Origin: Fastidiosibacter lacustris
GTDB taxonomy: Bacteria; Pseudomonadota; Gammaproteobacteria; Francisellales; Francisellaceae
DNA length: 32,000 nucleotides
NCBI RefSeq assembly: GCF_003428155.1
Contig: NZ_QLIR01000010.1
Coordinates: 30,001 to 62,000, forward strand
Direction: 5' to 3'
Below are positions 8,885-19,244 of this stretch, piece after piece. The translations under genes were made by a program, and so were the position numbers. Below the pieces are notes generated by a model. It made no database searches and was not told the DNA's origin. It saw only the letters and a list, made by a program, of their open reading frames with translations. Numbering within the stretch: the first letter of the stretch is position 1; each line of letters opens with the position of its first letter.

Positions 8885-9823
8885 TTATTTATTACAATAA
8901 ACATGCTCTAACTCATGGAAATATGGGGTGTTTATTGTAAATGGAGACTGAGCTTTATTTTTTTGTATTCGCTCACATAAGCCTTTCTTAAGATTATTAT
9001 TAAAATTAAAACAATTTTGCTGAACTTGAATTGAATTGGCGTAAACAAAGTCTTGTGTGTAAAAATTTTCACCAATTAAAATTCGACATGTTTTTGCAAA
9101 CTCAGGATAAATAACATAATTATAATGCGAGTCGGTTACTATTAAATCATATTTTTTTTGATCAACAAATAAGTTATACGCCTCCTCCGTTACTCTTTTT
9201 TCAGCCTGAATTTCACTACTTAATAGAGGAACTAAAAAAAAGACAACTAAAAATCTATATACCACAGATAAAAGAAAAGCAATTAGAAGAATAGATTGTG
9301 TTAGTTCTTCATAGATTTTATTTAATGATTTATTTCTCTGAAAGCTCTCCATTGTTTTCACAGCCCTTACATTATCAGGGATGAATAGGTTACTGTTATT
9401 AGGTTGTAGCACATTGCTTTCGTGACCTGATAAGTTTTTTCGGGAATTTCTAAATGATGAAATAGCAATACAACCAATACCGATATATACAACCGTTGCT
9501 AATAACATGACCCAGAAAAAATTCCAAACTTTTAAAGATAAATCGCTGAGTCCTATATTTAATAAAGAAATGAGTCCTCTATATATAAATTGAATATCAG
9601 ATATCGTTGTGCTTTGAAAAACGAACATATCAATACCAAGCAAGTTCAAGAAATGTTTTATATACCCATAGCCTGATAAAATTAAATACCCAATAAAACA
9701 ACCTACAAATAATAGTAATAGCCACTTATAAAGAGACCATATAAACTTAATTACCCATAACTCCTTCAGTATTTTAATAAAATCATCAATTAGTTTTAGT
9801 TTATTAATTTTTTCCATACTCAT
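8885..9823 (-). CDS. Uncharacterised multi-pass membrane protein
   Basis: 312 aa with several hydrophobic segments (FIWSLYKWLLLLFVGCFIGYLIL, FFWVMLLATVVYIGIGCIAI, ILLIAFLLSVVYRFLVVFFLVPLL) and a cysteine-containing C-terminal soluble part. No family recognised. Confidence 0.7.
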   Translation of the reverse strand: MSMEKINKLKLIDDFIKILKELWVIKFIWSLYKWLLLLFVGCFIGYLILSGYGYIKHFLNLLGIDMFVFQSTTISDIQFIYRGLISLLNIGLSDLSLKVWNFFWVMLLATVVYIGIGCIAISSFRNSRKNLSGHESNVLQPNNSNLFIPDNVRAVKTMESFQRNKSLNKIYEELTQSILLIAFLLSVVYRFLVVFFLVPLLSSEIQAEKRVTEEAYNLFVDQKKYDLIVTDSHYNYVIYPEFAKTCRILIGENFYTQDFVYANSIQVQQNCFNFNNNLKKGLCERIQKNKAQSPFTINTPYFHELEHVYCNK

Positions 9824-9880
9824 CTTCCATTTTCTACAAATCGAACTATTATCTTTACTTTCTGTTTAAGTAAACGTTGA

Positions 9881-10663
9881 CTAAATTTGAAATAACTTCA
9901 TTGTATTGGCTTTTGTCACTATACAAAATTCCTCAAAGTCTTCACCACGCAACTTTGCTAAAAATTCAGCTACATAGTAGACATACTCCGGGTAATTTGG
10001 CTTACCACGATATGGGATAGGTGTTAGATATGGTGCATCTGTTTCGACAAGCAATCGATCAAGCGGAATTTTCTTTGCCATTTCCTGGACATCTTGTGCA
10101 TTCTTAAAGGTGACAATGCCTGATATTGAAATATACATTCCCATATTAAGTGCCTGGTTTGCCATATCCCAATCCTCAGTAAAACAATGAAGCACCCCAC
10201 CACAACACTCAATATTGTAGTCTTTTAAAATGCTTAAAGTATCTTCTTTAGCTGCACGTGTATGAACGATAACAGGTTTTTTGAGTATTTTTGCAGCCTC
10301 TACATGAGCAATGAACTTTTGCTTTTGCAGCTGATAACTCTTTGGTTCATTGTAAAAATAATCAAGCCCAGTTTCACCTATAGCTACGCATTTATGGGCT
10401 TTATCTGCGTCTATATAATCAATAATCGTCTGTGCGTCTACAGGCTGAACACCTTCTGTTTCACTAGGATGCACACCGACAGAGTAATACACATTTTGAA
10501 ATGCAGACGCCGTATCTGCTATGGTTTGAACCTCTTCTAGTGTTGTCGAAATTGAGATAATTTTATTAATGCCTTTAGATTTAGCATTTTGAACGACTTT
10601 CTCTATTGTTAAACCATCATCTAACCTTAAGTGGTTTAAATGGCAATGTGAATCAATAAGCAT
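9881..10663 (-). CDS. TatD-family metal-dependent hydrolase / DNase
   Basis: 260 aa; MLIDSHCHLNHL, AIGETGLDYFY, VIVHTRAA, CCGGVLHCFTED, LVETDAPYLTPIPYRGKPNYP. Confidence 0.94.
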   Translation of the reverse strand: MLIDSHCHLNHLRLDDGLTIEKVVQNAKSKGINKIISISTTLEEVQTIADTASAFQNVYYSVGVHPSETEGVQPVDAQTIIDYIDADKAHKCVAIGETGLDYFYNEPKSYQLQKQKFIAHVEAAKILKKPVIVHTRAAKEDTLSILKDYNIECCGGVLHCFTEDWDMANQALNMGMYISISGIVTFKNAQDVQEMAKKIPLDRLLVETDAPYLTPIPYRGKPNYPEYVYYVAEFLAKLRGEDFEEFCIVTKANTMKLFQI

Positions 10664-10670
10664 ATGAAAA

Positions 10671-11243
10671 TTAGATCATGTGCTTTTTATCAACGGCTCG
10701 AATTTCAGGTACATTACGCATATACCCATAATAGTCTAAACCAAAACCAAACACCCATTCGTTTTCAACTTCTGTACCACAATAATCTGTTTTTAAAAGA
10801 CCTCCTTTCTCACGTGGAGCTTTCTTATCTAGCATAACAGCAGTCAGCACACGTGCAGCACCTCGATCCTCGTAATAACGCTTAACTTCAGACAAAGTCA
10901 AACCACCATCTAAAATATCATCAAACAAAATAACCGTACGCCCTAATGGATCAATATTAGGTGTTTTTACCCAATTAAGCATGCTAGTTCCTGTATATTC
11001 ATTACCATAACGACTGGCATGAATATAGTCAACCTGCAAAGGAAACCTTAAACGCTTAACAATTTCAGAAGTGATAAACAATCCTCCATTCATTACACAC
11101 ACTGCAATTGGATTATCTTTAATATGTGCTTGCGTAATTCCATTTGCAAGCTTACCAAATGCAAGTTCAAGTTCTTCTTTAGAAACAACTACATTCGAAG
11201 CATCAAAAACTTCTTTAATGAAATGAGGTGTGATTTGTGGCAT
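10671..11243 (-). CDS. hpt: Hypoxanthine-guanine phosphoribosyltransferase-like protein
   Basis: 190 aa; PRTase PRPP loop VILFDDILDGGLTL, VCVMNGGLFITSEIVKRL and VDYIHASRYGNE. Confidence 0.82.
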   Translation of the reverse strand: MPQITPHFIKEVFDASNVVVSKEELELAFGKLANGITQAHIKDNPIAVCVMNGGLFITSEIVKRLRFPLQVDYIHASRYGNEYTGTSMLNWVKTPNIDPLGRTVILFDDILDGGLTLSEVKRYYEDRGAARVLTAVMLDKKAPREKGGLLKTDYCGTEVENEWVFGFGLDYYGYMRNVPEIRAVDKKHMI

Positions 11244-11327
11244 TTGACGTGAAATTTTATTTATGAAAATTTCGGCTTATTCTATATGATTTCTTACGAA
11301 ATGCGAACTAAAAAATGCTTAAATTCA

Positions 11328-12191
11328 CTAACAAATCAAATCAATCAATTGACGAAAGTAATTGGGCAAAATGCCTCTATCATACCAACATAATGATGCC
11401 TCATGATCGTAGTAGTCATTAGGATTCAAAACAATTATCCTTCCTGGATCACAATATTGCTGATAAAACTGCTTAGTTACAACTGTATAACCTAACGACA
11501 ATCCAACTAATTGTGCTAGCTGGTCAGGAGAGTTGACAAAGTGACGATCTTTACGTGCTAAGGTCAATAGTTGATACTTTTCCAAATAGCAAAAAGTAAT
11601 GGTATCACTGGGATCAAAATCGATGATATTTTCGCTTGCAATAATATCACTCACAGTCCTTGATTGCCATTCTTTAGGCACGATTAGCACATAGCGCTCA
11701 GGTTGCAATGTTTTTATACACATCTCCTTTGAAACAAAATTATTATTAACGATTGCTAAGTCAACTTTTCCTGTTTTTAATAAATCATGTCTATTTTCAA
11801 TATCTTGAATTTGTAAGTGAAAGCGAAGTTGTGGATAAGCTTTGGCAATTTTTGCAACAGGCTCAACAATACGCGTTTTCATAAGTGTGGAGGACGATAC
11901 GATTTTAATCGGAATAATATTTTCACTCTGGTGCATATTTAGACTACGTAAATAAGTATTCTCAAGCTTTTGGATATCATGACAATAACGTAATAATATT
12001 TGCCCCTCTGATGTCAATTGCATGCCTTTGCGTGAACGAACAAAAAGTGACACATTAAGCTTTTCTTCTAATGACTTTATACGTTGAGTAACCGCTGTTT
12101 GTGTCAAGTGTAATACATCTGCTGCACTATGCACCGTACCAGCTTTTTCAACAGCAATAAATGCCTGTAATAACGGGCTTAAATTGATCAT
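11328..12191 (-). CDS. LysR-family transcriptional regulator (ArgP/IciA-like)
   Basis: 287 aa; N-terminal HTH LLQAFIAVEKAGTVHSAADVLHLTQTAVTQRIKSLEEKLNVSLFVRSRKGMQLTSEG. Confidence 0.85.
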   Translation of the reverse strand: MINLSPLLQAFIAVEKAGTVHSAADVLHLTQTAVTQRIKSLEEKLNVSLFVRSRKGMQLTSEGQILLRYCHDIQKLENTYLRSLNMHQSENIIPIKIVSSSTLMKTRIVEPVAKIAKAYPQLRFHLQIQDIENRHDLLKTGKVDLAIVNNNFVSKEMCIKTLQPERYVLIVPKEWQSRTVSDIIASENIIDFDPSDTITFCYLEKYQLLTLARKDRHFVNSPDQLAQLVGLSLGYTVVTKQFYQQYCDPGRIIVLNPNDYYDHEASLCWYDRGILPNYFRQLIDLIC

Positions 12192-12270
12192 TAATCTCTC
12201 TTCTTAATTATTTATATTGAATTTAAGTTTCAGCAGTTTGCTATAAAAAACATCGTCTTTAACAAGCAAT

Positions 12271-13203
12271 TTAAGAGTATTTAATATTACCTTTAGATGC
12301 AAAGTAAATACCAATAATAAGCATAATACTCCACACTACAAATGAGTGCTCAACATGAGTGATATTAAAGATTACACTGAAAATACCTGCCCAAAAGATA
12401 AAGCTTGCATTAAACGTTGTTCCCAAGCTTGCTCCAATGCGTTTGATCGCATGATAATATGCCAAATAAGAGCTAGAAGCTGACAACACACAACCAATCA
12501 TAAGTAATGGTAAAAATAAATGACTCATCACTTGCCACGTCTGTACATAGTCCACAATCAATAATATGATCAAAATCAATAAATAACTTAAAGCAGAAGT
12601 ACTTTGACGAATGGCTAACAACCAGGAAACATCTTGAGTTGAGGATTTTTGTGCAATTGAAAATAAGATTGATTCCATACCCCAACCAATCATCGCACAA
12701 CTTGCAAAGATTAAACCAATTAGGATGTGCTCTGCACCTGAGCGTACACCTGTAATTGAGATAAACATGACAGCAATGACAGATAAAATAATACCAACGA
12801 CTTTTACTTTGGTTGGTTTTTCACGTAATAAAATCATGGCAAATAATAAGGCGATAACAGGGTAACAAGATGTGACCACACCAGCGTAAACAGGTCCTGC
12901 ATATGCTATACCCATAATACCCGCGACCATTCCTAAGGGTCCTGCACACATTGCTGCAATCACAAGTGGCCAAAAGTTTTGCAATGTTGTTTTACGCCAA
13001 TTTTTTATTAAGCTACCACGTATATGATGATAAACAAAAATACCCAAACAAGAAAAACTATCTTGCATAAGCGACAACGCTAATGCAAAAACTAAAACTG
13101 CAAAAGTAGCTGTACTAAACAAAGCTTGCTCTGAGTAAATATTGGTTAAAACATCATTTAACCCCCAAAGCATACCTGAAATAATTCCTATAATAATTCC
13201 CAA
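12271..13203 (-). CDS. DMT superfamily (EamA-like) transporter
   Basis: 310 aa, about 10 hydrophobic segments; N-terminal GIISGMLWGLNDVLTN and PVIALLFAMILLREKPTKVKVVGIILSVIAVMFI. Confidence 0.82.
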   Translation of the reverse strand: MGIIIGIISGMLWGLNDVLTNIYSEQALFSTATFAVLVFALALSLMQDSFSCLGIFVYHHIRGSLIKNWRKTTLQNFWPLVIAAMCAGPLGMVAGIMGIAYAGPVYAGVVTSCYPVIALLFAMILLREKPTKVKVVGIILSVIAVMFISITGVRSGAEHILIGLIFASCAMIGWGMESILFSIAQKSSTQDVSWLLAIRQSTSALSYLLILIILLIVDYVQTWQVMSHLFLPLLMIGCVLSASSSYLAYYHAIKRIGASLGTTFNASFIFWAGIFSVIFNITHVEHSFVVWSIMLIIGIYFASKGNIKYS

Positions 13204-13218
13204 AACCTCCCCCCTAGA

Positions 13219-14265
13219 TTAACCTTCATCGTTGCCAGGTAAACGTTGATAATCTTCTAATTTATCTGGCATTTCAATGTCAAAATGACGATAAGCGTGC
13301 AAAGTTGCTACACGCCCTCTTGCAGTACGCATAATATAACCCTGTTGAATCAAATAAGGCTCAATCACATCTTCTATGGTTCCTCGCTCTTCAGATATAG
13401 ATGCTGCAATGGTGTCTAAACCTACTGGTCCTCCTGAAAACTTGTCAATTAATGCTAATAAATAACGCCTATCCATTTGATCAAAGCCAACAGGGTCAAC
13501 ATTAATAAGTAATAAAGCTTTATCGGCAACTTTATGGTCAACAACTCCATGCGCTTTCACTTCTGCATAGTCTCGAACTCGACGTAAAAGCCTATTAGCA
13601 ATTCTTGGTGTGCCACGCGCACGTTTCGCAATTTCTTTAGCTCCTGTTATTTTGATGCTTATTTGCATAAGTTTGGCTGATCGCATAATAATTTCAGTTA
13701 AATCATCAACTGAGTAAAACTCTAAGCGTTGTACAATCCCAAAGCGATCCCTTAAGGGTGATGTCAAAAGTCCTGCCCTTGTTGTTGCACCAACCAAAGT
13801 AAAAGGTGGAAGGTCAATTTTAATGGAACGTGCTGCTGGTCCTTCTCCGATCATGATATCCAGTTGATAATCTTCCATTGCAGGATAGAGCACTTCTTCA
13901 ATCACAGGACTTAAACGATGAATTTCATCAATAAAAAGAACATCGTTTGCTTCTAAGTTCGTTAACAGTGCCGCCAAATCACCTGCTTTCTCCAACACAG
14001 GACCTGAGGTTTGTTTGAGTGAAACGTTCATTTCATTGGCAATAATATGTGAGAGTGTTGTCTTGCCCAAGCCAGGAGGACCAAAAATCAATACATGATC
14101 TAACGCTTCTTTGCGCTTTTTAGCAGCAGCAATAAATATCTCCATTTGTTCTTTAACAACAGGTTGACCGTGATAATCTGGTAATGTTTTTGGTCTTATT
14201 GCACGATCTATTTGATTATCTTCCATTTGCTTATTACCAGAGATAATACGATCTGTTTCTATCAT
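13219..14265 (-). CDS. ruvB: Holliday junction DNA helicase RuvB
   Basis: 348 aa; [72 protein letters not shown]. Confidence 0.97.
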   Translation of the reverse strand: MIETDRIISGNKQMEDNQIDRAIRPKTLPDYHGQPVVKEQMEIFIAAAKKRKEALDHVLIFGPPGLGKTTLSHIIANEMNVSLKQTSGPVLEKAGDLAALLTNLEANDVLFIDEIHRLSPVIEEVLYPAMEDYQLDIMIGEGPAARSIKIDLPPFTLVGATTRAGLLTSPLRDRFGIVQRLEFYSVDDLTEIIMRSAKLMQISIKITGAKEIAKRARGTPRIANRLLRRVRDYAEVKAHGVVDHKVADKALLLINVDPVGFDQMDRRYLLALIDKFSGGPVGLDTIAASISEERGTIEDVIEPYLIQQGYIMRTARGRVATLHAYRHFDIEMPDKLEDYQRLPGNDEG

Positions 14266-14408
14266 ATTTCTACATCATACTTAATATTGACTATATAAAC
14301 AGAAGCCTAACACGTTTTAAAGACAAAAACGACGTGATTTTTAGCTTGTCTTATTTCACATTAGCTATCTGACATTAATAAACGCCTGTTCAAAACTATT
14401 TACTATAA

Positions 14409-15554
14409 TCACGCTCTGAAAACTTGCTTTACTTGAAACGACTTATCCAGCACAACAAGATCCGCATCCATGCCAACTTGAATGTCGCCTTTCCGTTTAT
14501 CAAAATTTAAACTTTTTGCTGCATTAAAACTCGACATCTTAACAAGCTCTTGCAAACTGCATGCACTAAACTTTAACATATTTTTTAAAGCGATATTCAT
14601 AGTTAGTACACTCCCCGCAAGCACCCCATTCTCCAAACGAGCTTCACCATTTTTAACAATGACTTTTTGTCCCCCAAGTTCAAAAATACCTTCACCATAT
14701 CCCTGGGCAGACATGGCATCGGTAACTAAAATAATTCCCTCTGCCTCTTTAATACAAAATGTCATCTTGACAATTTCAGGTGCTAAATGTACTCCGTCAA
14801 CAATAAGCTCAGCAATCACTTTATTTGACATCAAAATCGCAGTTGCAGCACCTGGTTGCCGATGATCCACTCCACTCATTGCATTAAATAAATGAGTTGC
14901 TTGAGTAACGCCTTTGTCAATAGCATCAAGCGCACATGCAACACTACAATTAGTATGTCCAATTGAAGCAATCACACCATGTGTGTTACACCAGTCAATA
15001 ATGTTGTTGGCACCTTCAACTTCAGGTGCGAGTGTAACCTTACGAATCGCATTTCGTGATAAGTTTTGCCAATGATTTAATTTTTCTAATGAGGCTTGTT
15101 GTAAATATACGGGATTTTGTGCTCCAATTTTTAAAGCTGAGATAAATGGTCCTTCTAAATGCACCCCCAGAACATTAGCAAAGTGGTGCTCATGTGAATA
15201 TTGATAACCAAAATCAGCTACATTCGATAACGCATTTTCAATAGCTTCTTCAGTTTGTGTCATCGTAGTTGCCAAAAAACTTGTCACACCTTGACGATAA
15301 AGTGATGAACTTATGACTTTAAGTGCTTCTATTTCAGCATCCATTACATCACAACCATTTGAGCCATGAATATGGATATCGATAAAACCTGGCATGATTA
15401 TATCACTTGCATGGTAATTAACTTTTGGTAAATATTTAAATCGTGTATTTATTTCCCCGAATGATACGATTTTACCATACTCAACAACGAGCTCACCTTC
15501 AATGATTTCAGATTTAGTGACAATTTTTGCACCACTTATTCGATAACTTTGCAT
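14409..15554 (-). CDS. nagA: N-acetylglucosamine-6-phosphate deacetylase
   Basis: 381 aa; MPGFIDIHIHGSNGCDVMDAE, GVHLEGPFIS, GHTNCSV, THLFNAMSG, LVTDAMSAQG. Confidence 0.95.
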   Translation of the reverse strand: MQSYRISGAKIVTKSEIIEGELVVEYGKIVSFGEINTRFKYLPKVNYHASDIIMPGFIDIHIHGSNGCDVMDAEIEALKVISSSLYRQGVTSFLATTMTQTEEAIENALSNVADFGYQYSHEHHFANVLGVHLEGPFISALKIGAQNPVYLQQASLEKLNHWQNLSRNAIRKVTLAPEVEGANNIIDWCNTHGVIASIGHTNCSVACALDAIDKGVTQATHLFNAMSGVDHRQPGAATAILMSNKVIAELIVDGVHLAPEIVKMTFCIKEAEGIILVTDAMSAQGYGEGIFELGGQKVIVKNGEARLENGVLAGSVLTMNIALKNMLKFSACSLQELVKMSSFNAAKSLNFDKRKGDIQVGMDADLVVLDKSFQVKQVFRA

Positions 15555-15904
15555 ATCTGCCCCATAAGTGTCATTTCTTGTAAAATTGCATCACCATATC
15601 CACATCTACTAACGTAAACGTCTTGCTTATATTGTAATGTCTTTATTGTAACTTTTTTATCAGACATGTACTAGTCTCTTAGTTAGATGTGAAAGTTCAT
15701 TTTAACAATTTGATTTATAGCAGCAATCATTTGATATAAAAAACCTCTGTATACAATGAAAAATAAATTACCTTACTAGTTTACGATTTAGCACTTCTTT
15801 TAAAACTAAAGAGAATAAAGTTTAATTTAGCAGGCTATACTGTCGACTAATTCTATTTAAAATTCAATAATGACAATATATATAACTTATCTTTATTTAA
15901 GCAC

Positions 15905-16468
15905 ATGCAAACTTCTATCCGTAAAGTGTTACGTCAGATCAGAAAATCTATTCCAAGTATACAAAAAAATCACTTGGCATTAGCGCTTGCCAAGCAGTTT
16001 GAAATATACTTCCCAAAGCTTACAAACAAAAACATCGCAAGCTATTTTGCCACAGACGAAGAGATTTCGCCTTATTATATTAATCAGAGGCTTAAGGCTA
16101 AAAATAACCTACTTTACTACCCTATCCTTCACTCGTTTCATACTCGTCACTTATGGTTTAGTGTGGATACACAAAAATATGCAAGAAATAAATATCAACT
16201 ATTAGAGCCTATTTTTTATGCTAACAACATACTTGCACCTTGGGAACTTGATATTATTATTATTCCTTTGGTTGGCTTTAATAAACACAAACAACGTATT
16301 GGAATGGGTGGCGGTTTTTATGACACAACACTACGCTACTGTAAAAAATTCAATAATGTTCAATTTATTGGTATTGCATTTGATGAACAACAGCATGATA
16401 GTGTTGCAATGAATTCTTGGGATATTACAATGGATGCTATTATTACTCCAACTAAAATTATCAATTGA
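15905..16468 (+). CDS. fau: 5-formyltetrahydrofolate cyclo-ligase
   Basis: 187 aa; RKVLRQIRKSI, IIIPLVGFNKHKQRIGMGGGFYDTTL, VQFIGIAFDEQQ. Confidence 0.93.
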   Translation: MQTSIRKVLRQIRKSIPSIQKNHLALALAKQFEIYFPKLTNKNIASYFATDEEISPYYINQRLKAKNNLLYYPILHSFHTRHLWFSVDTQKYARNKYQLLEPIFYANNILAPWELDIIIIPLVGFNKHKQRIGMGGGFYDTTLRYCKKFNNVQFIGIAFDEQQHDSVAMNSWDITMDAIITPTKIIN

Positions 16469-16737
16469 TGAACACTAATTCTAACTTACAAAAGCTCATC
16501 ATCGACAGACTTACCAAAGCATTTGACCCTTCTATACTTGAACTGATTGATGAAACGCACAAACACCAAAAACACAAACACTTTCAAAGCGGAAAATTTC
16601 ATTTTAAACTACGGATAGCTAGCCTAAAATTTGTTACACTTAGCACCATTAAAGCACACCAGGAAATCTACACTTGTTTAGGAGATCTGATGAAAGATCA
16701 AATCCATGCCTTATCCATTCATATTGAAAATAACTGA
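16465..16737 (+). CDS. bolA: BolA family protein
   Basis: 90 aa; ILELIDETHKHQKHKHFQSGKFHFKLRIASLKFVTLSTIKAHQEIYTCLGDLMKDQIHALSIHI fits the BolA fold pattern, including the conserved His (IKAHQEIY) and C-terminal IHALSI. Overlaps the fau stop. Confidence 0.8.
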   Translation: MMNTNSNLQKLIIDRLTKAFDPSILELIDETHKHQKHKHFQSGKFHFKLRIASLKFVTLSTIKAHQEIYTCLGDLMKDQIHALSIHIENN

Positions 16738-16762
16738 ATAAACTGAATAAGAAGAGAAAATA

Positions 16763-17887
16763 ATGCAAAAAATATCTGCTTTTATCAAAGCTGAATACGG
16801 AGTTGTGCTACCGATTATTCTTTTTATTTTGATCAATTTTATTTTTACAACGTTCAATCCACAAAATATTAGTCACTTTGTAACTGCAGTTACAACGTTT
16901 ACTATATTTTGTGTAATGCTAATTTGTGCATTTAACGTCGTTAAACATGCTGATCGACTTGCTCATAAATTTGGTGAGCCTTATGGAACGATTATTCTGA
17001 CGCTTTCGGTCATCTCAATTGAAGTAGCGCTTATTATTACAATGATGCTCATAGGAAAAGGAGATTCTACACTTGCAAGGGATACGATGTTTGCTGTTAT
17101 CATGATTGCCGTCAATGGGTTTGCAGGCTTAAGTCTACTAACTGGAGGAATCAAACACAACACTCAAATGTATAATATTGAAGGTGCAAGTATCTATATA
17201 TCTTTATTAATTTTACTGCTTAGCATTTGTCTAATTTTACCCAATTATACTGTTGCTACAGATGCAGGCACCTTCAATTTAAGTCAATCCATTATTGTCA
17301 TTGTGGTATGTGTTATTTTGTACGCTAATTTTTTGGTGATGCAAACGATTACTCACAGTGATTATTTTCAATTTTCGCTTGATCATAAAAGTCAACAAGG
17401 TGAGCAGCATAGCTCGATGAGATCGGTATGTTATCACGTTACTTTACTTTTGATCGGTCTTATTGTGATGATTGCACTATCTAAAAATCTTGGAACTTTT
17501 TTAGAATATAGCATTCAAGAAGCAGGTCTCCCTAGTAAACTTGGTGGTTTTATCATCGCTCTTTTAGTGTTGACACCAGAAGGTGTCAGTGCCATTCAAG
17601 CTGCCTACAAGAATCAACTACAACGCTCGATTAACCTGTGTATGGGTTCAGCTGTTGCAACTATTTGCTTAACTGTGCCATCTGTAATTGTCATAAATTT
17701 AATTCTAGGGCACCCACTTATATTAGGTTTAAATAGTACATCCATCGTTATCTTAATGTTAACTTTTTTTATTAGCCTTATCACTTTTACCTCAAGGAGA
17801 ACAAGTGTATTTAACGGCGTGGTACTATTAACTGTATTTGCCATTTATTTTGCTTTAATTTTTGATACCGCTCAACCCTTTGCTTAA
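16763..17887 (+). CDS. ChaA-like Ca2+(Na+/K+):H+ antiporter
   Basis: 374 aa; about 11 TM segments; HADRLAHKFGEPYGTIILTLSVISIEVALI and LLVLTPEGVSAIQAAYKNQLQRSINLCMGSAVATICLTVPSV are the CAX/ChaA repeats. Confidence 0.88.
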   Translation: MQKISAFIKAEYGVVLPIILFILINFIFTTFNPQNISHFVTAVTTFTIFCVMLICAFNVVKHADRLAHKFGEPYGTIILTLSVISIEVALIITMMLIGKGDSTLARDTMFAVIMIAVNGFAGLSLLTGGIKHNTQMYNIEGASIYISLLILLLSICLILPNYTVATDAGTFNLSQSIIVIVVCVILYANFLVMQTITHSDYFQFSLDHKSQQGEQHSSMRSVCYHVTLLLIGLIVMIALSKNLGTFLEYSIQEAGLPSKLGGFIIALLVLTPEGVSAIQAAYKNQLQRSINLCMGSAVATICLTVPSVIVINLILGHPLILGLNSTSIVILMLTFFISLITFTSRRTSVFNGVVLLTVFAIYFALIFDTAQPFA

Positions 17888-17991
17888 ACTATATACGCTT
17901 TACTTTGATTGGAGTATTTCAGCTATTCATGTCAAACGTATCAGTATATACTAACGTACGAATAAGCAACTATTTCTTAATAATGGTTATA

Positions 17992-18618
17992 ATGTCAAAA
18001 AATAAACATAGTAAAAGTAGTAAACGTTGGCTGGATGAACATCATAACGATTATTATGTCAGCCAGTCCAAAAAAGAAGGTTTTCGCTCACGTGCAGCAT
18101 ACAAACTTATTGAATTACAAGAAAAGGATAAACTTTTTAAATTAGGTATGCAAATTGTTGACCTAGGTGCAGCACCAGGAGGCTGGTCACAGGTATTAAC
18201 AAGCTTTGTCGGTGAAAAAGGGAAAGTATTTGCACTTGATATTTTGGAAATGGACCCTTTACCAGATGTAGTGTTTATTCAAGGAGACTTCACCCAAGAT
18301 GAGTCATACGAAGAACTTATGAACTTAATTAAAGGGCAAACTGTCGATTGGGTGGTTTCAGATATGGCACCTAATATGAGTGGTAATCGAAGTACCGATC
18401 AAGCTAATGCTATGTATTTGGTTGAACTTGCATTAGATTTTGCACAAAGTGTATTAAAACCCAAAGGTAACTTTCTAGCTAAAGTCTTTCAAGGTGAGGG
18501 TTTTGAAATGTTTGTCAAAAACGTCCAACAACAATACCAAAAAGTTGTCATTCGTAAACCAGATGCTTCACGGACTCGCTCGCGTGAAGTTTATGTAATT
18601 GGATTTAATAAATGTTAA
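17992..18618 (+). CDS. rlmE: 23S rRNA (uridine2552-2'-O)-methyltransferase
   Basis: SKRWLDEHHNDYYVSQSKKEGFRSRAAYKLIELQEKD, VDLGAAPGGWSQVL, DMAPNMSG. Track ORF begins at 17905; M at 17992 is the more likely start because homologous sequence starts around there. Confidence 0.93.
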   Translation: MSKNKHSKSSKRWLDEHHNDYYVSQSKKEGFRSRAAYKLIELQEKDKLFKLGMQIVDLGAAPGGWSQVLTSFVGEKGKVFALDILEMDPLPDVVFIQGDFTQDESYEELMNLIKGQTVDWVVSDMAPNMSGNRSTDQANAMYLVELALDFAQSVLKPKGNFLAKVFQGEGFEMFVKNVQQQYQKVVIRKPDASRTRSREVYVIGFNKC

Positions 18619-18629
18619 GAGAAATATAG

Positions 18630-19244
18630 ATGGGTTACAGACTTTCAAAAATCTATACCAAAACAGGTGACAAAGGAAAAACCGCTTTATCAGATAATAA
18701 GCGGATTGATAAATGTACACCTATTATTGAAGTAATTGGTCAACTAGATGAACTAAATGCCGCTATTGGTGTTGTGGTATCCTTCTCTCATCACAACGAT
18801 ATCAATATACAATTACAAAACATTCAACATCAGCTTTTTAATATTGGTGGTGAGTTATCACATCCTCAATTTAGCCAATTAGCGGCTGAGAATATAACAA
18901 TACTTGAACACTACATAGATAACTTTAACAGCCATCTCACACCACTTAAAGAGTTTATCCTACCAGGTGGCTCTAAGGCTTCTGCACTTTGTCATCAAGC
19001 ACGAACTATTGCCAGAAGAGTAGAGCGTTGTTATGTTGCACTTAGTAGAAATGAACCTAAATTTACAAATCCATTGATTTTACAATTTTTAAACCGCCTA
19101 TCGGATTATTTATTTGTACTTGCACGTTTTCTTAACCTTAAGGATAATCACAACGAAATACTATGGCAAAGTCATAGAAGTCAACCACAAGTAGATAATG
19201 AAATTATGTTAATTCCACAATCAAACGTCAAAAAGGACAAATAA
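18630..19244 (+). CDS. PduO-type ATP:cob(I)alamin adenosyltransferase
   Basis: 204 aa; SKIYTKTGDKGKTALSDNKRIDKCTPIIEVIGQLDELNAAIG, FILPGGSKASALCHQARTIARRVER, FLNRLSDYLFVLAR. Confidence 0.94.
   Translation: MGYRLSKIYTKTGDKGKTALSDNKRIDKCTPIIEVIGQLDELNAAIGVVVSFSHHNDINIQLQNIQHQLFNIGGELSHPQFSQLAAENITILEHYIDNFNSHLTPLKEFILPGGSKASALCHQARTIARRVERCYVALSRNEPKFTNPLILQFLNRLSDYLFVLARFLNLKDNHNEILWQSHRSQPQVDNEIMLIPQSNVKKDK

Noticed and set aside
8651-8911. Frame-shifted 86-aa ORF at the end of psd
   Set aside because: Alternative frame of psd ([15 protein letters not shown]...), not a frameshifted gene since the psd frame is intact to its stop.
10024-10540. ORFs 10024-10212 (-) and 10262-10540 (+) inside the tatD-like gene
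   Set aside because: Shadow ORFs within a well-supported CDS.
15555-15904. Possible 6S RNA (ssrS) beside fau
   Set aside because: 6S RNA often neighbours this gene in gammaproteobacteria, but I could not see the long rod-like pairing or a central bubble here; an Infernal search with the 6S model (RF00013) would settle it.
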